From Asterias rubens (taxonomy: Eukaryota), in the NCBI RefSeq assembly GCF_902459465.1, contig NC_047070.1, positions 12,276,001-12,340,000 on the forward strand: a DNA stretch of 64,000 nucleotides, given 5' to 3'. A program made the translations under genes and the position numbers. Of the stretch, positions 1 through 12,984 are shown one piece after another. Under the pieces are notes generated by a model. The model was not told the DNA's origin. It made no database searches and worked only from the letters and a program-made list of their open reading frames with translations. Each line of letters begins with the position of its first letter. Position 1 is the first letter of the stretch.

Positions 1-27
1 TACCGGTAAGTAGAGTGAAGTAGACTC
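1..27 (-). mobile_element. Terminus of a DIRS-type element (left ITR end) extending out of the window
   Basis: 1-25 taccggtaagtagagtgaagtagac is identical to 5999-6023, the outer end of the DIRS ITR-like segment. Confidence 0.5.
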
Positions 28-1519
28 ATTGTTTTCACCATTAAGTCTTTGTTTGGACTAATTGACTGCAATGCCATAAAGTGTAACACTAAAATCAACT
101 ACCGCCATTTAGACTTGACCACACCTCACCATCACTATGCCAGAACTCAAGCTCTTAAACACATGCCAATTCATTCATTCCCTCAGTTAGGCATAATTAA
201 AAAAAACTTTTTATTGCCCTTTTGGCAAAAAAAAAAAAAAAAAGGGCCTACAACAGAGGAGAAAACAAAATCCAAACATTTTTGGATGATCCTATCCCCA
301 AATGTTTGCCCTAAATAATACTTTTTCCAATAAAACCATTTTCATGAATTAGTGATTAGCAGTTCCGGCGTTAAAGATCTTCGTTTGCAATAAAATCATC
401 GAGATTCAACGATCGGTAACAACCATCAGAACAATAATTGTCAATGAACTTTGCCCCGCATCACGCACGCCCTCAATCGGCGAAAGTTATACATGTTTGA
501 ATATGCTTCAAGGCCGAACATTGCACCATTCTACAGGTGTGCGGCACACTGCGTGGCAATTCTTTCTCAGTTCGTGAATGTGCGTTTTGTGTTGGAGTAT
601 ATCAACGGCCAATCACAGCGTGCGGGCTGTTTATGCACTTTGCATGCAGTGGGTATTTCCATGGTGTGGGCGACAGATCGAACCATGTGGACGAGTGCAT
701 ATCGTCGCGTTTTAACATGATGGGCCAGAGTGTGACAAGGATCGGGCTCCCCACCATGAATGGCATGTGCGTGGATTGTGTGGAATTTTGGTGTCAGATG
801 ATCTGAGCTGCCTGGGTGGTGCATGAAGATGTAGCAAGTTCTGGATGTATGTTGGTGCCGTTATGTGGTGTGGTCTCTCTTGAATATAATTTGGAAGTGA
901 GTGAAAATGTGGAAGTGAAGCTTATTAGGGCACAAGTGTAAACAGGTTAATTAGCATAAATAAATGATTCTAAGACGAACTGAATTGGCCGAAGGATAAA
1001 AAGTAAGGTAAGTACATGTAGTACGGTATGTTTACAAATGACAGAAAATAGTACATTTAAATCTGGTTTTGGGTTGAGAGAAAAGTGATATTTGGTATTA
1101 ACAGGCTTTAAAAAATTAAAATAATTTACTTTAAAATGTACCAAGTGGTATCCTGTGGTTTATTATATTTTAAAACTCTGTACTACATACCCAAATATTT
1201 GGAAGATAAATGCTTTTGGACTGTACAACTGTTAAGAACAATGAACTAAAAGAAAATTATTTTAACTAACTGAACTTTTATGAGAAATTGCTTTATGATC
1301 AGATTCACAACCCTCCCAACCTGCAAACAGGGCATGACAAAGAACTGCTCCAAAATCTATCAAAGACCTCTAAAAAACGAACCTGGGGTACACATAAGAT
1401 TTTGCTGCTTAAAATGGTGTTACGTTGTGCCAGAAACATTTCTTTAAAAGAGAATTAAAAGCGGCTTAAACTTTGCAGGTTTTTTTTGTGACTTTTCCTT
1501 TTGGAGCACATTCAATATT

Positions 1520-1860
1520 CCCCCCCCCCCCCACAATAGTGTGGGACGAGTCTATGATTGATACTCAACCTAAATAGCCACTACTTATGCATATTTCATA
1601 GCCGACAGGCTAATTCGCTAGGAAAATTGACAACCAGAGGGCGCCCTCTCGCGCCCACCCAGCATGCTACGCAGTAGCTCTGCCACATACGTCCTTCTTT
1701 TTCTCATCTTACAGGTAACCCTGAACACGAGCCGTTAGTGGGGAAGGAGGGCGGGAAGGCTATTTGGGTATTAATCATTGACTCGTCCCACACTATTGTG
1801 GGGGGGGGGGGGAGTCTATTTCATTCACTTACCCAAATAGCCACTACTTATGCATAGAAT
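1520..1860 (-). repeat. DIRS right ITR plus internal complementary region (ICR)
   Basis: ccccacaatagtgtgggacgagtc (~1528-1553) is inverted at ~1780-1805. aaatagccactacttatgcata is a direct repeat at ~1572 and ~1835, as expected for the DIRS1 ICR/rITR layout. Confidence 0.8.
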
Positions 1861-1989
1861 AGCACCGTAACATGGAGGTTGGGTAGGCGAGGCGCCTTTA
1901 TGAAAAATCAGACATTAGTCGGCAAGTACCCAAGACTTAAAACTACAAACTGATAGGAAGTGCTTATAAGAATCGGAGGACATTTTTGG

Positions 1990-3194
1990 GGCTCACCTCA
2001 AGCTCTGTCCAGGCGGTGCCTGGACAGGTCACTTGCTTGGGGCTCTCTTCTGGGTTGAGATGCTGACAGCACTGCTCTCCCAAAAGCACCTTCGCTCTGG
2101 AGCACATCACGCAGATAGCAGTGGTGAATGAAGGTTGATGGACCCTTCCAGTAAGCTGCTTGTAAGATCTTTGCAAAGGAAATCCCCCTGAAAAACGCCC
2201 AGGATGTGGACACGGCACGGACGTCGTGTGCACGTATGGGTCCCTGACTGCCTGTATCCTTATCCGACAGCCAGTCGGGGTTTGCTGACTTTATTGCTGA
2301 TACAATCCACCGTTTGATTGTATCTTTGGAGGCTGGACCATGCTGGGGAGTAGTCGAGATAAAAAGTTGGTCGCAGGTCCCTCTAAGTGGCTTGGTACGT
2401 TCCAGATACCATTTGAGGGAGCGTATGGGGCACCAGAGCCTGTCTGATCAGACAGATGATATAGAGGCAATTTCAGGAATGAAGATATCAGGCCGGGTAA
2501 AAACTGCCGTCTGGTTCTTAGTAAGGAATGAAGCCTTGGGTACAAGGCGAACCCCTCCCGGTTCTCACCGGATGTGGCCCGGTTGGATCGTAAGTGCCTG
2601 GATTTCACATCCCCTCCAAGCTGAAGCTGCAGCTATGAGGAAGGCCAGCTCGACCGAAAGTTGCAACAGTGATGACCGGTGTGCCGGCTCATAGGGGACC
2701 GCTGCTAAGTTCTCTAGCACCCGCCCCAAGTCCCAGGATGGGACCAGCCTCTGTCTCGGGGGCCTTTCGTTAAACATGGCCCTAAGTATCTGTGTTAGCA
2801 CGGGGCTCGATGAGATTGTGGAGCCATCGGAGAACCCTACATGGACTGCCACAATGGCCGATCTGTAATTCTTAATTGTTGTCACCTTCAGTTGGGAATT
2901 AAAGAGGTGAACCAGAAAATCCGACACCATCGCTAAAGATGCAGTGGTCGGATCCACAGCGTGGTCGTCACACCACCGACTAAAATGTTGAAGTCGTTTG
3001 TCGTAAACCTTTTGTGTGGAGAGGCGACGCCCCTTCGCTGCAAGGGTCGCAGCCTCTTCAGAAAGACCAGCTGTAATGAGGGATCGTTTGACAGTGGCCA
3101 ACACGCTAGGTGGAGGTCTCCCGGCGCCGGATGTAGTAGTCGGGAGTGTGGTTGGTATAGGAGATCGTGTCGATCCGGGAGAAACAGGCCACAA
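1990..3194 (-). pseudogene. DIRS tyrosine recombinase (frameshifted)
   Basis: TQKVYDKRLQHFSRWC...TIKNYRSAI...SWDLGRVL...AFLIAAASAWRGCEIQAL, with C-terminal ILQAAYWKGPSTFIHHCYLRDV in another frame. Confidence 0.9.
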
Positions 3195-3269
3195 CGACTG
3201 CTCCTAGGAAGGTCGGAGACTGGGTTGGTATGAAACGGGATTTCTCTTCATTTATAATAAGCCTACAGC

Positions 3270-5676
3270 CCTCGTCACCTCGCAGGTGGTCTGCAGATAT
3301 TGGGCTGTTTCCTCTTCCGATCTGCCGACATCAGCCAGTCGCCAAGTACATATAGATGTCGGAAGGACGACGTGCGCATGCCAAAGCGTGGCGCTGAGTC
3401 CCTCTTCCCGACTGCCTCTTTCATTTTCCCTTGGGCTTTGTCTGCAAGGGAAATTTGGAAGGAGCTGTACCCCTATCGGCGGCAAGTCTATCTGACGCCG
3501 AGTCTGGTTGAACTGGGTTCGGAAAATATATATCGAAGTCCACCGTGGGGAATTGATAATAAGTCTCCGCCCACTTGGAGTAAGTATTTCCAAATGGTCG
3601 CCAACATAATGCCCTCGATAGGGTCACTGCAGACACGATCGAGTGGCATAGCTGGAAAATTATTTCCGCTCCGCAGAGTCGGGCCTGTCCTCCACTTGAA
3701 TGATTGTCGTTCAGCAGGAGGATCCTCAGATTTCTCGATGGGAAGGCCCGGCATCCGAGTCCTGTCCCGCTTGACAAGGCGCAATTTAGTTTCGGTAATT
3801 GACGGTAATTAACGCGTCCTTTTCCAGGGACGAGTAGCTAGCCGGACTCAAAAAAGGGTCGGAGGCACCCAGCAAAGGCGTGCCACCAAATGGCAGAGCT
3901 ATGCCCAAACCATGATGGTCCGACACGAAGGACCCCGAAGGGTGCAGGCTGATCCCCGGCGGGGATGGTGCTCTTGTACCCAAGTGCGTGACTGTCCATC
4001 CTGCCCCGCGCCACCCCACGTAAGATCGTGTGTGGTAGGTGCAGAGCAGTGGCTGTGAGGGGAGGCCGGTGCACAGCTAACCAAGCCCTTGGGGCCTCCC
4101 TGACCTGAGTGCACACAGTCGTGACCGGAATGGTCGGGCTGGATGTACAGGCCCGGGGGGCAAAATTCTTAACCTCATGTCGGCCGGAAATGTGGCCATG
4201 AGGGTCTGAAAAGCTGTCATGAAATCGTCTCGGGATACTGACTCGTTATCCCGGAGATGCCTGACCCTGTGGGAGCCAAGCAAAAAAAATTGTCGGAGCT
4301 TGACGGAAAATGTCGAGCGTCTTTTTTTTTATTTAATTTTTTTATTTAATTTTATTTGTTTATAATTATTTCACCTGGGTGAACAGGGCGCCCGAACAAC
4401 GGGTAAACCCGAAGACGAGGGCGGGCCCAGTGAGCGGGGTTTGCCGGGGGACTCCCAGCTACCCTGCTCCATGTAAACAATCCTTCAACCCATTACATTG
4501 CAAGTGCCCCACAGCCCATGGCGTGGGCGGGTGTTAATCCGGTAAGGCGGCCCAGCAAAAGCCCGTCAACAACCGTTGTGGGGGAACCCACATGGTCAGA
4601 AAGGGCCGGGTAAGCCGAGCCGTGTGGAGAGGGGGATGCCCTCCGGCTGCAGCAATCCCCGAGGCCGGGTCGAGAGAGGGCACGGTGCGCTCCGGATTGG
4701 AGCCACCCCTAGCCCTACTTCTTCTAGTTACCGCCCCAGCACCAGCTTTCTTTGTCTTGCTTGGGCGTTTAACCTTCGATTGGGTAGACCATGGAGGAAT
4801 AATTAGGAATTAATCTTTCTCCATGGGTAGACCCACGCACACTGCTGACCAGAGAAGTGGAACGGAAGTCTCCCCTCCTTGGGAGGTCCGCCAGCCGGCG
4901 CCGCCAACTGAGGCTACGGGGGCCGGTTGAATGGCTTGCCTTTCTGGGAGCCAGACATAGACGCGTCAGATCGCTTGACGGTGAATGTCGGGCGTGACGG
5001 TCTTTCTTGGTATTCTGTCTCTTGTGCAAATATCTGTCCCGGGTCGAATCTGAGGCCCTCTCGGAGGAAATCTGGGCGACCGGGACGCCCGAGTAACGGG
5101 TAAAACCCGAAAAGGAGGGCGGGCCCTATGAGCGGGGTGTGCCAGGGGACTCCCAGCTACCCGACTCCACGTCACCAATCCTTCTACGTATCGCAAGCGC
5201 ACCACCGCCTATGGCGTGTGTCGATCGGGTAGGGTGGCCTCGCAAAGGCCCATCAACGACCGTCGTGGGGGAACCCACGTGGTCGGCGAGGGCCGGGTTC
5301 ACTGAGCCGTGTGGAGGGGGGGAATCCCTCCGGCTGCAGTGACCCCGAGGCTCGAGAGAGGGCGCGGTGCGCTCCGGAACGGAGTTACCTTTAGCCCTAC
5401 CTCTCTTGGTCACCGCACCGGTACTAGTTTTCTTGGACTTGCCGGGGCGCTTGACCTTAGATTGGGTGGACCCACGTACGCTGATCGAAGAGGGGGAGCG
5501 GGAAGGCTCCCTCCTTGGTCAGTGGATCCCCCAGCCGACGCAGCCGACTGAGGCTGCGGGGGCCGGTTGAAGGGCGAGCCCAGCATTGGAGTGTCACCGG
5601 CGCAGCCCTCCGAGGGCTCCGACTGTCCCGGGGGAATGGACGTACCCCCAGTTCCAACAGTCGGAGCCCTCCCCAA
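3270..5676 (-). pseudogene. DIRS gag-like ORF1 (degenerate, internally duplicated)
   Basis: YYQFPTVDFDIYF...RFGMRTSS aligns with YYQFPQVDFEEFF...RFGMRSTS of the gag at 26520-27479. The N-terminus GTSIPPGQSEPSEGCAGDT matches 34328-34488. Confidence 0.8.
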
Positions 5677-8600
5677 TTTCCATTGAACTACTCATTTATA
5701 ACGATCTTTATCTAAAACACTTCAACTAAACAACAACTCTACTATCTTCAATCTCAGTCTTTATTTTAAATCTCAGCCATAAAGGTAAGGTGTTTTTATT
5801 TCATTCTAAAAACGGTAAACTGTTGGACACAGAATTATTTACGTCCTCACCCAACTGTGGCTAAGAGAAAAGAGGACGACTTCGTGGCAAGCATGTCATG
5901 GGACATTGTGGGTAGGACGGTGGAGGGCGCTATTGTGTGTAAAGTCTTAGCAATATTGCCTGGCGGCATAGGGAATATGCAAATTAGTAATTCGACTCTA
6001 CCGGTAAGTAGAGTGAAGTAGACCATAACGTTTTTATAACGTTGTATTTACTTCATTGTGTAACAAGACCAAACTGCAACCTTTTGGCAACGTTGTAAAT
6101 TAGTTGACAATACGTGTTTGCTGGGATCGCGTTACAAAGGTGATATTTTAAAAACTTTTTAATACTTTTTCTTCACTAAAATATTTATTATTATTAATGG
6201 AACCTGTTATATTTTATTTAGAAATATTTACTTTAGAAATGTTTTCTTTTTTATCCAAAAAATATAAGTTTACTTTTGAGTTATGGACATTTTTGTGAGT
6301 TCATCATGGCGCCTTTTGTTTTGCATCATGTTTTGCACGCACACAGCACTGAGTCATGAGCTAAATATAGTTAAATATCAGCTGACCGCGCTGTCGTTCA
6401 ACTGAAAGCAGGCCTCGACCTCTACAGCGGCCACCAGCGGCCATTGCCGCGATGCCCCAGCCAATTGCCGTGAAGCCCTTTTAAAAATCACGTACCTTAC
6501 GGCCACTTGGCCGTCGTGCCCTTTTCCATTGATTCCATAACATTATTTATTCGAAAAAGTTATTTAATGTTAACATTGTGACCCATTTAATTTATATGGA
6601 GGTAAAATTCGGAGCGTACGATCCCGCACACTAGTTTTTCACAATGCTGCTTCTGTGCAATAAAAAATGTGTCGAGAATGTGGCATGGTAACCATATCAA
6701 ACGTAGTTGAGCTGTTTACTACTAAAAACGCAGCACCAGACTACTCCAATGTATAAACTCGCTACATGTCCCTACATTAAATTACGCATTTTCGCACTGA
6801 TTTTGTCCATTGAGATCTGTATTTGTAGCGGATGGGGCGGGGGAGGCACGCGGCCGGGGGCTGGATACTATGTTTTTCCCCTGGCTATTTCGCTGGTGTC
6901 CAAGGCTTGTACTGGATTAATGTTTGTGACCCACCACTACCAGTGATCTGCCTGCCTTGCGACTTTGTTTTTCATTGCCAAACACATGTTTGTGTACACA
7001 CAAAAAGCGTGGAATTGTAAAACGTCAAACGGCAGAGCCCTAATTTGGCAATCATCATACTCCATCAAGTTCATTATTGATTAATCAGCATGCCATCCCC
7101 ACAAAAGATGCAAAAAATAAGCAGGAAGGCGAAAGGGCTAGAGTGGTAGCAAAGTGCCAACTTAGAAGCATTTTTTAGGGACAGCGTCAAAAATATTTTT
7201 ATTGGCGAGCCGCGGCCCGCCTTGAAGCGCCGAGGGTCGGCGGGCCGCGGCCCGTCAAACCTCGGCTCAGTGCGGCGCATAGAGTATCATGCATAACAAT
7301 GGACCATGATCATTGTCCTATTTTCTAAAGATTGCGGCAAGCCGCAGCGCGCCGCTTGCTAGCTGTGCAGATTAAAAAGCTTCTTTTCACCAATTCCCCC
7401 ACAGAGACGAGGGTCGTAGCAACCACAAACCAGTCCGTGTATGTATCTATGTGGATTGCGGCCGGCTGCGGCCCACCGCAAACAGTCGGCGCTTGCAATG
7501 TACAGTACTTCTATTCTCATTGAGAGATTGTTATTACATGGTGTTACCGCAAACTTTTCTATATCTTACTTCCACCATGCAAAGTTTCAAATCCTACTTA
7601 TTCTATATCTGCTACCCACATGCCTTTTTTCTAACCCCGAAGAACTGCCGTGGGCCAATTGGACAATTAGACCTAGGAACTCCACAGCCAATGGAAACAT
7701 TCGGTTTTACTCTTTGAAAGTTAGACGTTAAAGTCTGTGTCTGTTCGTTCTTCATTCTAGATAAATTTTTTTCATGTCAACATCAATCAATACAAAGTCA
7801 ACGAACAGACAGATCTGTGTACCTTTACTGTGTGGTACGGCAGGTACTACAACACGTCGTCGGGAAAACCCGCCGATCACTCATGATTCCCCGACACAAC
7901 ATACGGATTGTTCTCTCCCTCCGACCACCATAAATTGTACGATGATGTGAAATAATTACCTGTTTTGCCGAAGCATTATTTATTTAACTGTATTTGAATT
8001 TATGAATTGTTTGAAATCTACCTGTAAATTATGTATCAAGCTCGAAGTTCCGTTATATTTTTGTGTTGATTCCTCCGACATCCACATTTTGTGCATGATG
8101 TTTTTTTCCTTTGTGTTTCGCTGGTATTACACGTTGTCATTATTTTCAGTATCTTATTCACGCAAGTTGTTTCATCTGTGGGCAGGTGGGAACTCATAAC
8201 TTCCACCCAGCCGCCCGCCCAGCACAGATTTCTCCCCATAATAGATCAAAATAATGTCCACTGTGTCTTACCATGGAATTTATTCCTCCATGGTCTTACA
8301 TGTCCCAAATAATAAATGCATTGACCTCGGACACAAAGTCTGAAGATATGGAGTCTGAGAGGCCAATGTGTGAGCAGCGGCGTACAAAGCCGAAATGTAA
8401 TACAAGTTCTCGGTTTCAAGTTACAACTTGTATCTTTTTTATCTCGACGGCAGCTAGGGGCGGCACATAAAGGGAATTTTGTCACTGACTGTCTAGGGCT
8501 TGATTAGGCATTCTGTTTTTTTCCCCTTTTAGTAGATGGTCTCGTTTAATGGAGCAATCCTTTTGTGGGCCTTTGATTACTTTTATTACATAAATGTTTT

Positions 8601-9555
8601 TTCCCTATAAACTGGGTGTTTTGCACCAGTACATACTGTTTTCTACTGCCTGTACCGCCCCTGTAGCCCCCACCCCCAACGAATATATATATATATATAA
8701 ATAAATAAAAATATCTGACTTGGTAGGAAAAACGCATTGACTACATTGCAATACTTTCGAAAATTAAGTGTAGTTTATTTCATCGAAATGCACCAACAAA
8801 TAAAATCAATTGCGAATCTTATAAATGAGTAACCACAAGTCATAGGCAATGAATACTATTGCAAATTACTCAAAATAATAGAGGTTGGTAGTATACAAAA
8901 TTGTGAGAAACTGCTCCCACGGAAATAACGTAGTTTTCGCAGGTTAGTTATTTTATGCATATGTTGAGATGCACCAAGTGAGAAGACTGGTCATTGACAA
9001 ATACCAATAGTGTCAAGTGTATTTAAAAAAAAACTAACAGCAAACCAATCATAAGTATGATTTTCGTTAAAAACTTCAACCTGTTCATAAATCCAATATC
9101 AACAAATTATAAATATGAGAAAACATGCGCTCTCATAATGAAAATAATTGAAAATGATGACACTACGAATTATAATATCAGATTTAAAAAGTACCGACAG
9201 CGCCTTTATATATCATGAATGAAATCTGACAAAGAAATGTTGTACAGTTGTAATAAATTAAAAGACACAACCAGCACTTCAACCTCTCCCTCCCTACCAA
9301 CATTTTTTCGAATGCAAAATCAAGTTAAAAAACATATAGGAATCGATTGCAAAAATTGCTATGAAAACTGCTGTAAACAAACAGAACTTTGGTAGTATAA
9401 AGCAGATTTGCTTTATTTTGCGTTTAAATAAAATCCACAACAATCCGATGGAGCATTTAAAATGAACCACAAACAACAAATAGTTCAACCCTACTCGTTC
9501 ATTTATGACAGGGATATGTTAAGATAAATATCTGGTATACCAAAAATGGAATAGA

Positions 9556-10489
9556 TTATCTACGAGGATGAACCTTCTTCCGGTGGTCATCCTTGTCTTT
9601 CTTACTTGTAAATACATATTTACAACCAGCTTCACACCTTCCCAGGTTCTTGTCCTGGAACAAAGGCATGTGTTCACAGGGCAAGTCCCTGGGTTGGTGC
9701 AAAGCTTCAAGAAATGTCAAGAAATGACCAGGATGACTGGAAGAAGGTTTCGGGGTTGGGAAATTCCGTACAAACTGCAGCATTTCATCATTTACAGGTG
9801 GATTGGACACGCAGTGTTGACATGCTGGATCGGTGCATTTAGCAAACAAGACCATGCCAATGCGCCAATCCATATGTCGCATGACGAATTTAAATTCGTC
9901 ATACACTGCGCGGTTCTCTCGCAACCTTGTAGCTGATGACGACACTGCAGCATGTACCTGTCCAAAATCTGAGAATGGTCCTTCATCTGACCCGCTTGGT
10001 ATGGCAGACAAAGTAATACGCTTATCCGCATATTTGGTATTCTCCCAGTAGTGGTTGATAAGGGCCATAGCGTTGTTGAAAACAGTTTTCTCCTTGGCAA
10101 CGCGATCATCAGTACTCAGTTGTCTTTGCTGGCAAGGTGGGAGTTCGCAAGGCAGATTGGCGGGGATTGACACTGACGTCAAAGCCCGTGTGCAAGGAGC
10201 CCACAAACGCTCGACCGGGTTGAGGGCTGAGTGTCCAGGACAATAGCTGGTTACAAGTAGGGCATCCAGCTTGCACTGCTTGAAGAGGCGGCCATAGTAC
10301 ATCTCGTTAACCACATGATTAACGTTGAAGTCTGGGCCACCATCAGCAAGCAGCACAAGCAATGAATGCCCATCTTGCACCTGTTGTTCAACATCCAACG
10401 CGTTGATGATGTTGTTCATGTGTGATGAAATGTGGCAGGGATTATGTGGGCTCCTGTTGACAATGGTGGCCTGACCTCTCACAGGGAGT
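9556..10489 (-). CDS. Zator-type transposase, last exon (second D, E, C-terminal zinc finger)
   Basis: LADGGPDFNVNH...YCPGHSALNPVERLW with 43 residues between D and E. C-terminal CEAGC...HRKKVH. Acceptor ctgcag at 10490-10495. The exon is open to the stop. Confidence 0.88.
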
Positions 10490-11349
10490 CTGCAGAAAAG
10501 GGAAACAAAGTTTGTATAGGGTTTAATATTACAAGCAAAGACTAGACTCTCAAAATCCGGCAATACTTTGGTTTTACAATTATCAGTGCATTTTTTAAAT
10601 GTACACTGTAAAAAAAGGCCGTAAGTTACACGGACTGTCGAGTCCAAATATAGTGGTGCATGTTTACAGAGATGCCAAGTCCAGAGGCCAGCTATGCGTG
10701 AGATTTTTCAAAGCTCACCCCCCCCCCCCCCCCCCCCCCCGGAAAAAACAAATTGCCAGTTTTAGAAGACCTTTAGAAATCGCCGCCCAACTTTTTTGTT
10801 TTTTTTGGTTAATAACATTGCATAAATTTAATTGTGGACCAAAAAGTGATGTTGATGGTTAATGTGGAGGTACCATTGTGTCAGATTATTTCCTTCCAAA
10901 ATAAAAATAAATGTCCAAAATCCTCCGCTCACTTCTTCTGCCTGTTTTGTGTCTTCACTAGTGGAGCGCATTTAACAAATTTGCTTAACGAATCGGGAAA
11001 AACTTGTGCGCAATAAGAGTTTTGCGCTTTGCCGAATTTTAACTTAACCTGCTGGGAGAGCAAAAGCGTGCGCAATCTGCAAATTTGCGCTCTGTTTGTA
11101 CAGCAGCTCAAGTTGATGACTCTGATAAACTGCGTGCAATCTGAAGATTGTGCAAACATTGTAGATTGCGTTTTTATACACACGAGCGCAATTTGGCAAT
11201 GCATTGTCGTTAATTTTTAACGACCTCTTCTTTTTATCCTGAAATTTGTTTTGTTGCCTACAACAATTCTTTATTTTTCACCACATTGAACATGAAGAAA
11301 AAACTTACGTTGAACCAAAGTTGGCTCTGCAAGCAATAAATAAACTTAC

Positions 11350-11750
11350 TCAAACTGTTGTCGCCCAAGATGATCCACTGTCAGCGAGGATGGGGATATG
11401 GGGTCTAGCTTCAGATACCCACAAGGCACTATGTAGTATCCAGGGGTGGGGAAATCGTGGTCAGAGAGGTTGGGCTTGTCCATTGCGGTTGATTTGAATT
11501 CTTCTGTCTACTGCTGCTACTTGACTCCCTAACTTTATTTTGTTCTTATTGTCTACAGAGTAGATCATGGCCGTTGCAGGAAACTTCGCCGCCAACTCGA
11601 GCGCATACCGCACTCGTGCAGAAAAGAAATGGCTATTGGCGTCATCTTTCCTCACCGAGTTTTCCTTGTTCGGGATCCTGGCGTCAATTAGGCCTTGGTA
11701 CATGGATGCAGAGCGGAAGGTCTTGTTGGGCGGCTATGAATATTGGAGTC
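11350..11750 (-). pseudogene. Zator-type transposase, preceding exon (first catalytic D), one frameshift
   Basis: YQGLIDARIP...YSVDNKNKIKLG...AVDRR, then PNLSDHDFPTPGYYIVPCGY. Donor GTAAGT at 11349 splices in frame to 10489 (QQFE/LPVRGQ). Confidence 0.85.
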
Positions 11751-11835
11751 TAACATTTTAAGAAGGAATGGACGTTTGACTTTCGTTCATAAACAATGTT
11801 TTTAATTATGGTTATTTTTTATTTTTTTTTTACAG

Positions 11836-12870
11836 GACAAAAGCGAAGTCTTAATGAGAGCAGCGATGAAAGCGACGAGGACATTCCACTTAACGAGCTG
11901 AGGAAAAAGCGAGTATCACTTGGTTCTCCTCATCCAACTGTGGTGGACTTTGTTCCCCCATCATCTCCGCCTGCTGCCCCAAGCCATCCAACTACGCCTG
12001 CCTCAAGCCGCCCGACTCTGCCTGCCTTCAGCCATCCTATTCAGCCTGCCCCAAGCCATCCCACGCCTGCATCCAGACTCGACTCTGCCTGCCCCCACCA
12101 GCCATCCTATTCAGCCTACTCCAAGACGTCCAACCCCGCCTGCCAGAGGGCGTTCAGCTCCGCCTGCCCCCACCCGTACAGCTCCGCCATCATCTCCGCC
12201 TGCTGCCCTAGCTGCCCCAAGCCGTCCTATTCCGCCTGCTTCCAATTCCAGCCAATCAACTCCGCCTGCCTCCAGCCGCCCGACTCTGCCTGCCCCCACC
12301 AGCCATCCTACATCCGCCACCCGCCAAGCTCCGCCTGCCTCCATCAACCAGTCATGTCAAACAGAACAAGTTGGCGAATGCTGTGGCAGTATAGCCCGTC
12401 AGAACAGAGATATGCTATCAGTTTTGCTCGTGGAGGTTCAGATGCTACGGGAGCAGTTGGGATTAAAGACGGCTGGGAAAGGAGTCCCAAACTACGTCGA
12501 GGTCGATGGTGGAGCAGATGGGGACATCTTAATCGGACATCCGGACATAGCCGTCTATGTGATGTCTAAAACTGTATATTTAGACATTTTTGAGAAGGTC
12601 GACAATCCAAAGGACTTCGTCTTGAAGTTGGTGTCCCGCCTGTTGACGGAAGACGAACTCGCCATCCACAACTACCATGGTGGTGATGTTCTGAGCAAGG
12701 GACGGGGAGTTCAAAAAATGGCGCTAAAAAGAAATCCTACTTTTCAGGCCATAGCGGCCCAGGCTGACTTACAGTGGCCGGTTGCAACGGCACGGGACAG
12801 TTACACCAAAACACTGAAGGATGGATTGAACGGCAAGTGTCGAAAATTAGCTACGAAACTAGGCCTTTAA
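11836..12870 (+). pseudogene. Transposon-borne BEN-domain protein, terminal exon (acidic patch, Pro-rich repeats, coiled coil, BEN); one frameshift in the repeats
   Basis: Acceptor tttacag at 11835. SSDESDEDIPLNELRKK, then DFVLKLVSRLLTEDELAIHNYHG...KMALKRNPTFQAI...LKDGLNGKCRKL, which follows the BEN consensus pattern. Confidence 0.75.
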
Positions 12871-12929
12871 GTATTAACTTTAACTACTTAAATGGCCTTC
12901 ATCAAGTTATATTTATTTATTTAAACTGT

Positions 12930-12984
12930 TGCCTCTGAAGAAGGTCCGGATTGGATCGAAAGCTAAGGCCATCTACCCTATTCA
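12930..12984 (+). ncRNA. Minimal type I hammerhead ribozyme cassette (Penelope-derived) with 17-bp TSD
   Basis: GCCT-CTGAAGA-A-GGTCC-ggatt-GGATC-GAAA-GC-TA/AGGC. Flanked by ttatttatttaaactgt at 12913-12929 and 12985-13001. Confidence 0.8.

Larger units (their letters stand above)
1520..6023 (-). mobile_element. DIRS1-type tyrosine-recombinase retrotransposon, internally deleted (RT/RNase H mostly lost)
   Basis: gag, YR and a small RT remnant (LIINEEKSRFIPTQSPTFLGAV, ~3205-3270). The 3' ITR/ICR architecture lies at 1520-1860 and a diverged left ITR at ~5860-6023. Confidence 0.9.

Noticed and set aside
537-806. RING-like Cys pattern (ECAFC...TACGLFMHFAC)
   Set aside because: Ligand spacing is incomplete and there is no supporting splice structure or homologue in the window
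2314-5715. Plus-strand ORFs over the DIRS elements (also 23743-28354)
   Set aside because: Antisense shadows of GC-rich coding sequence
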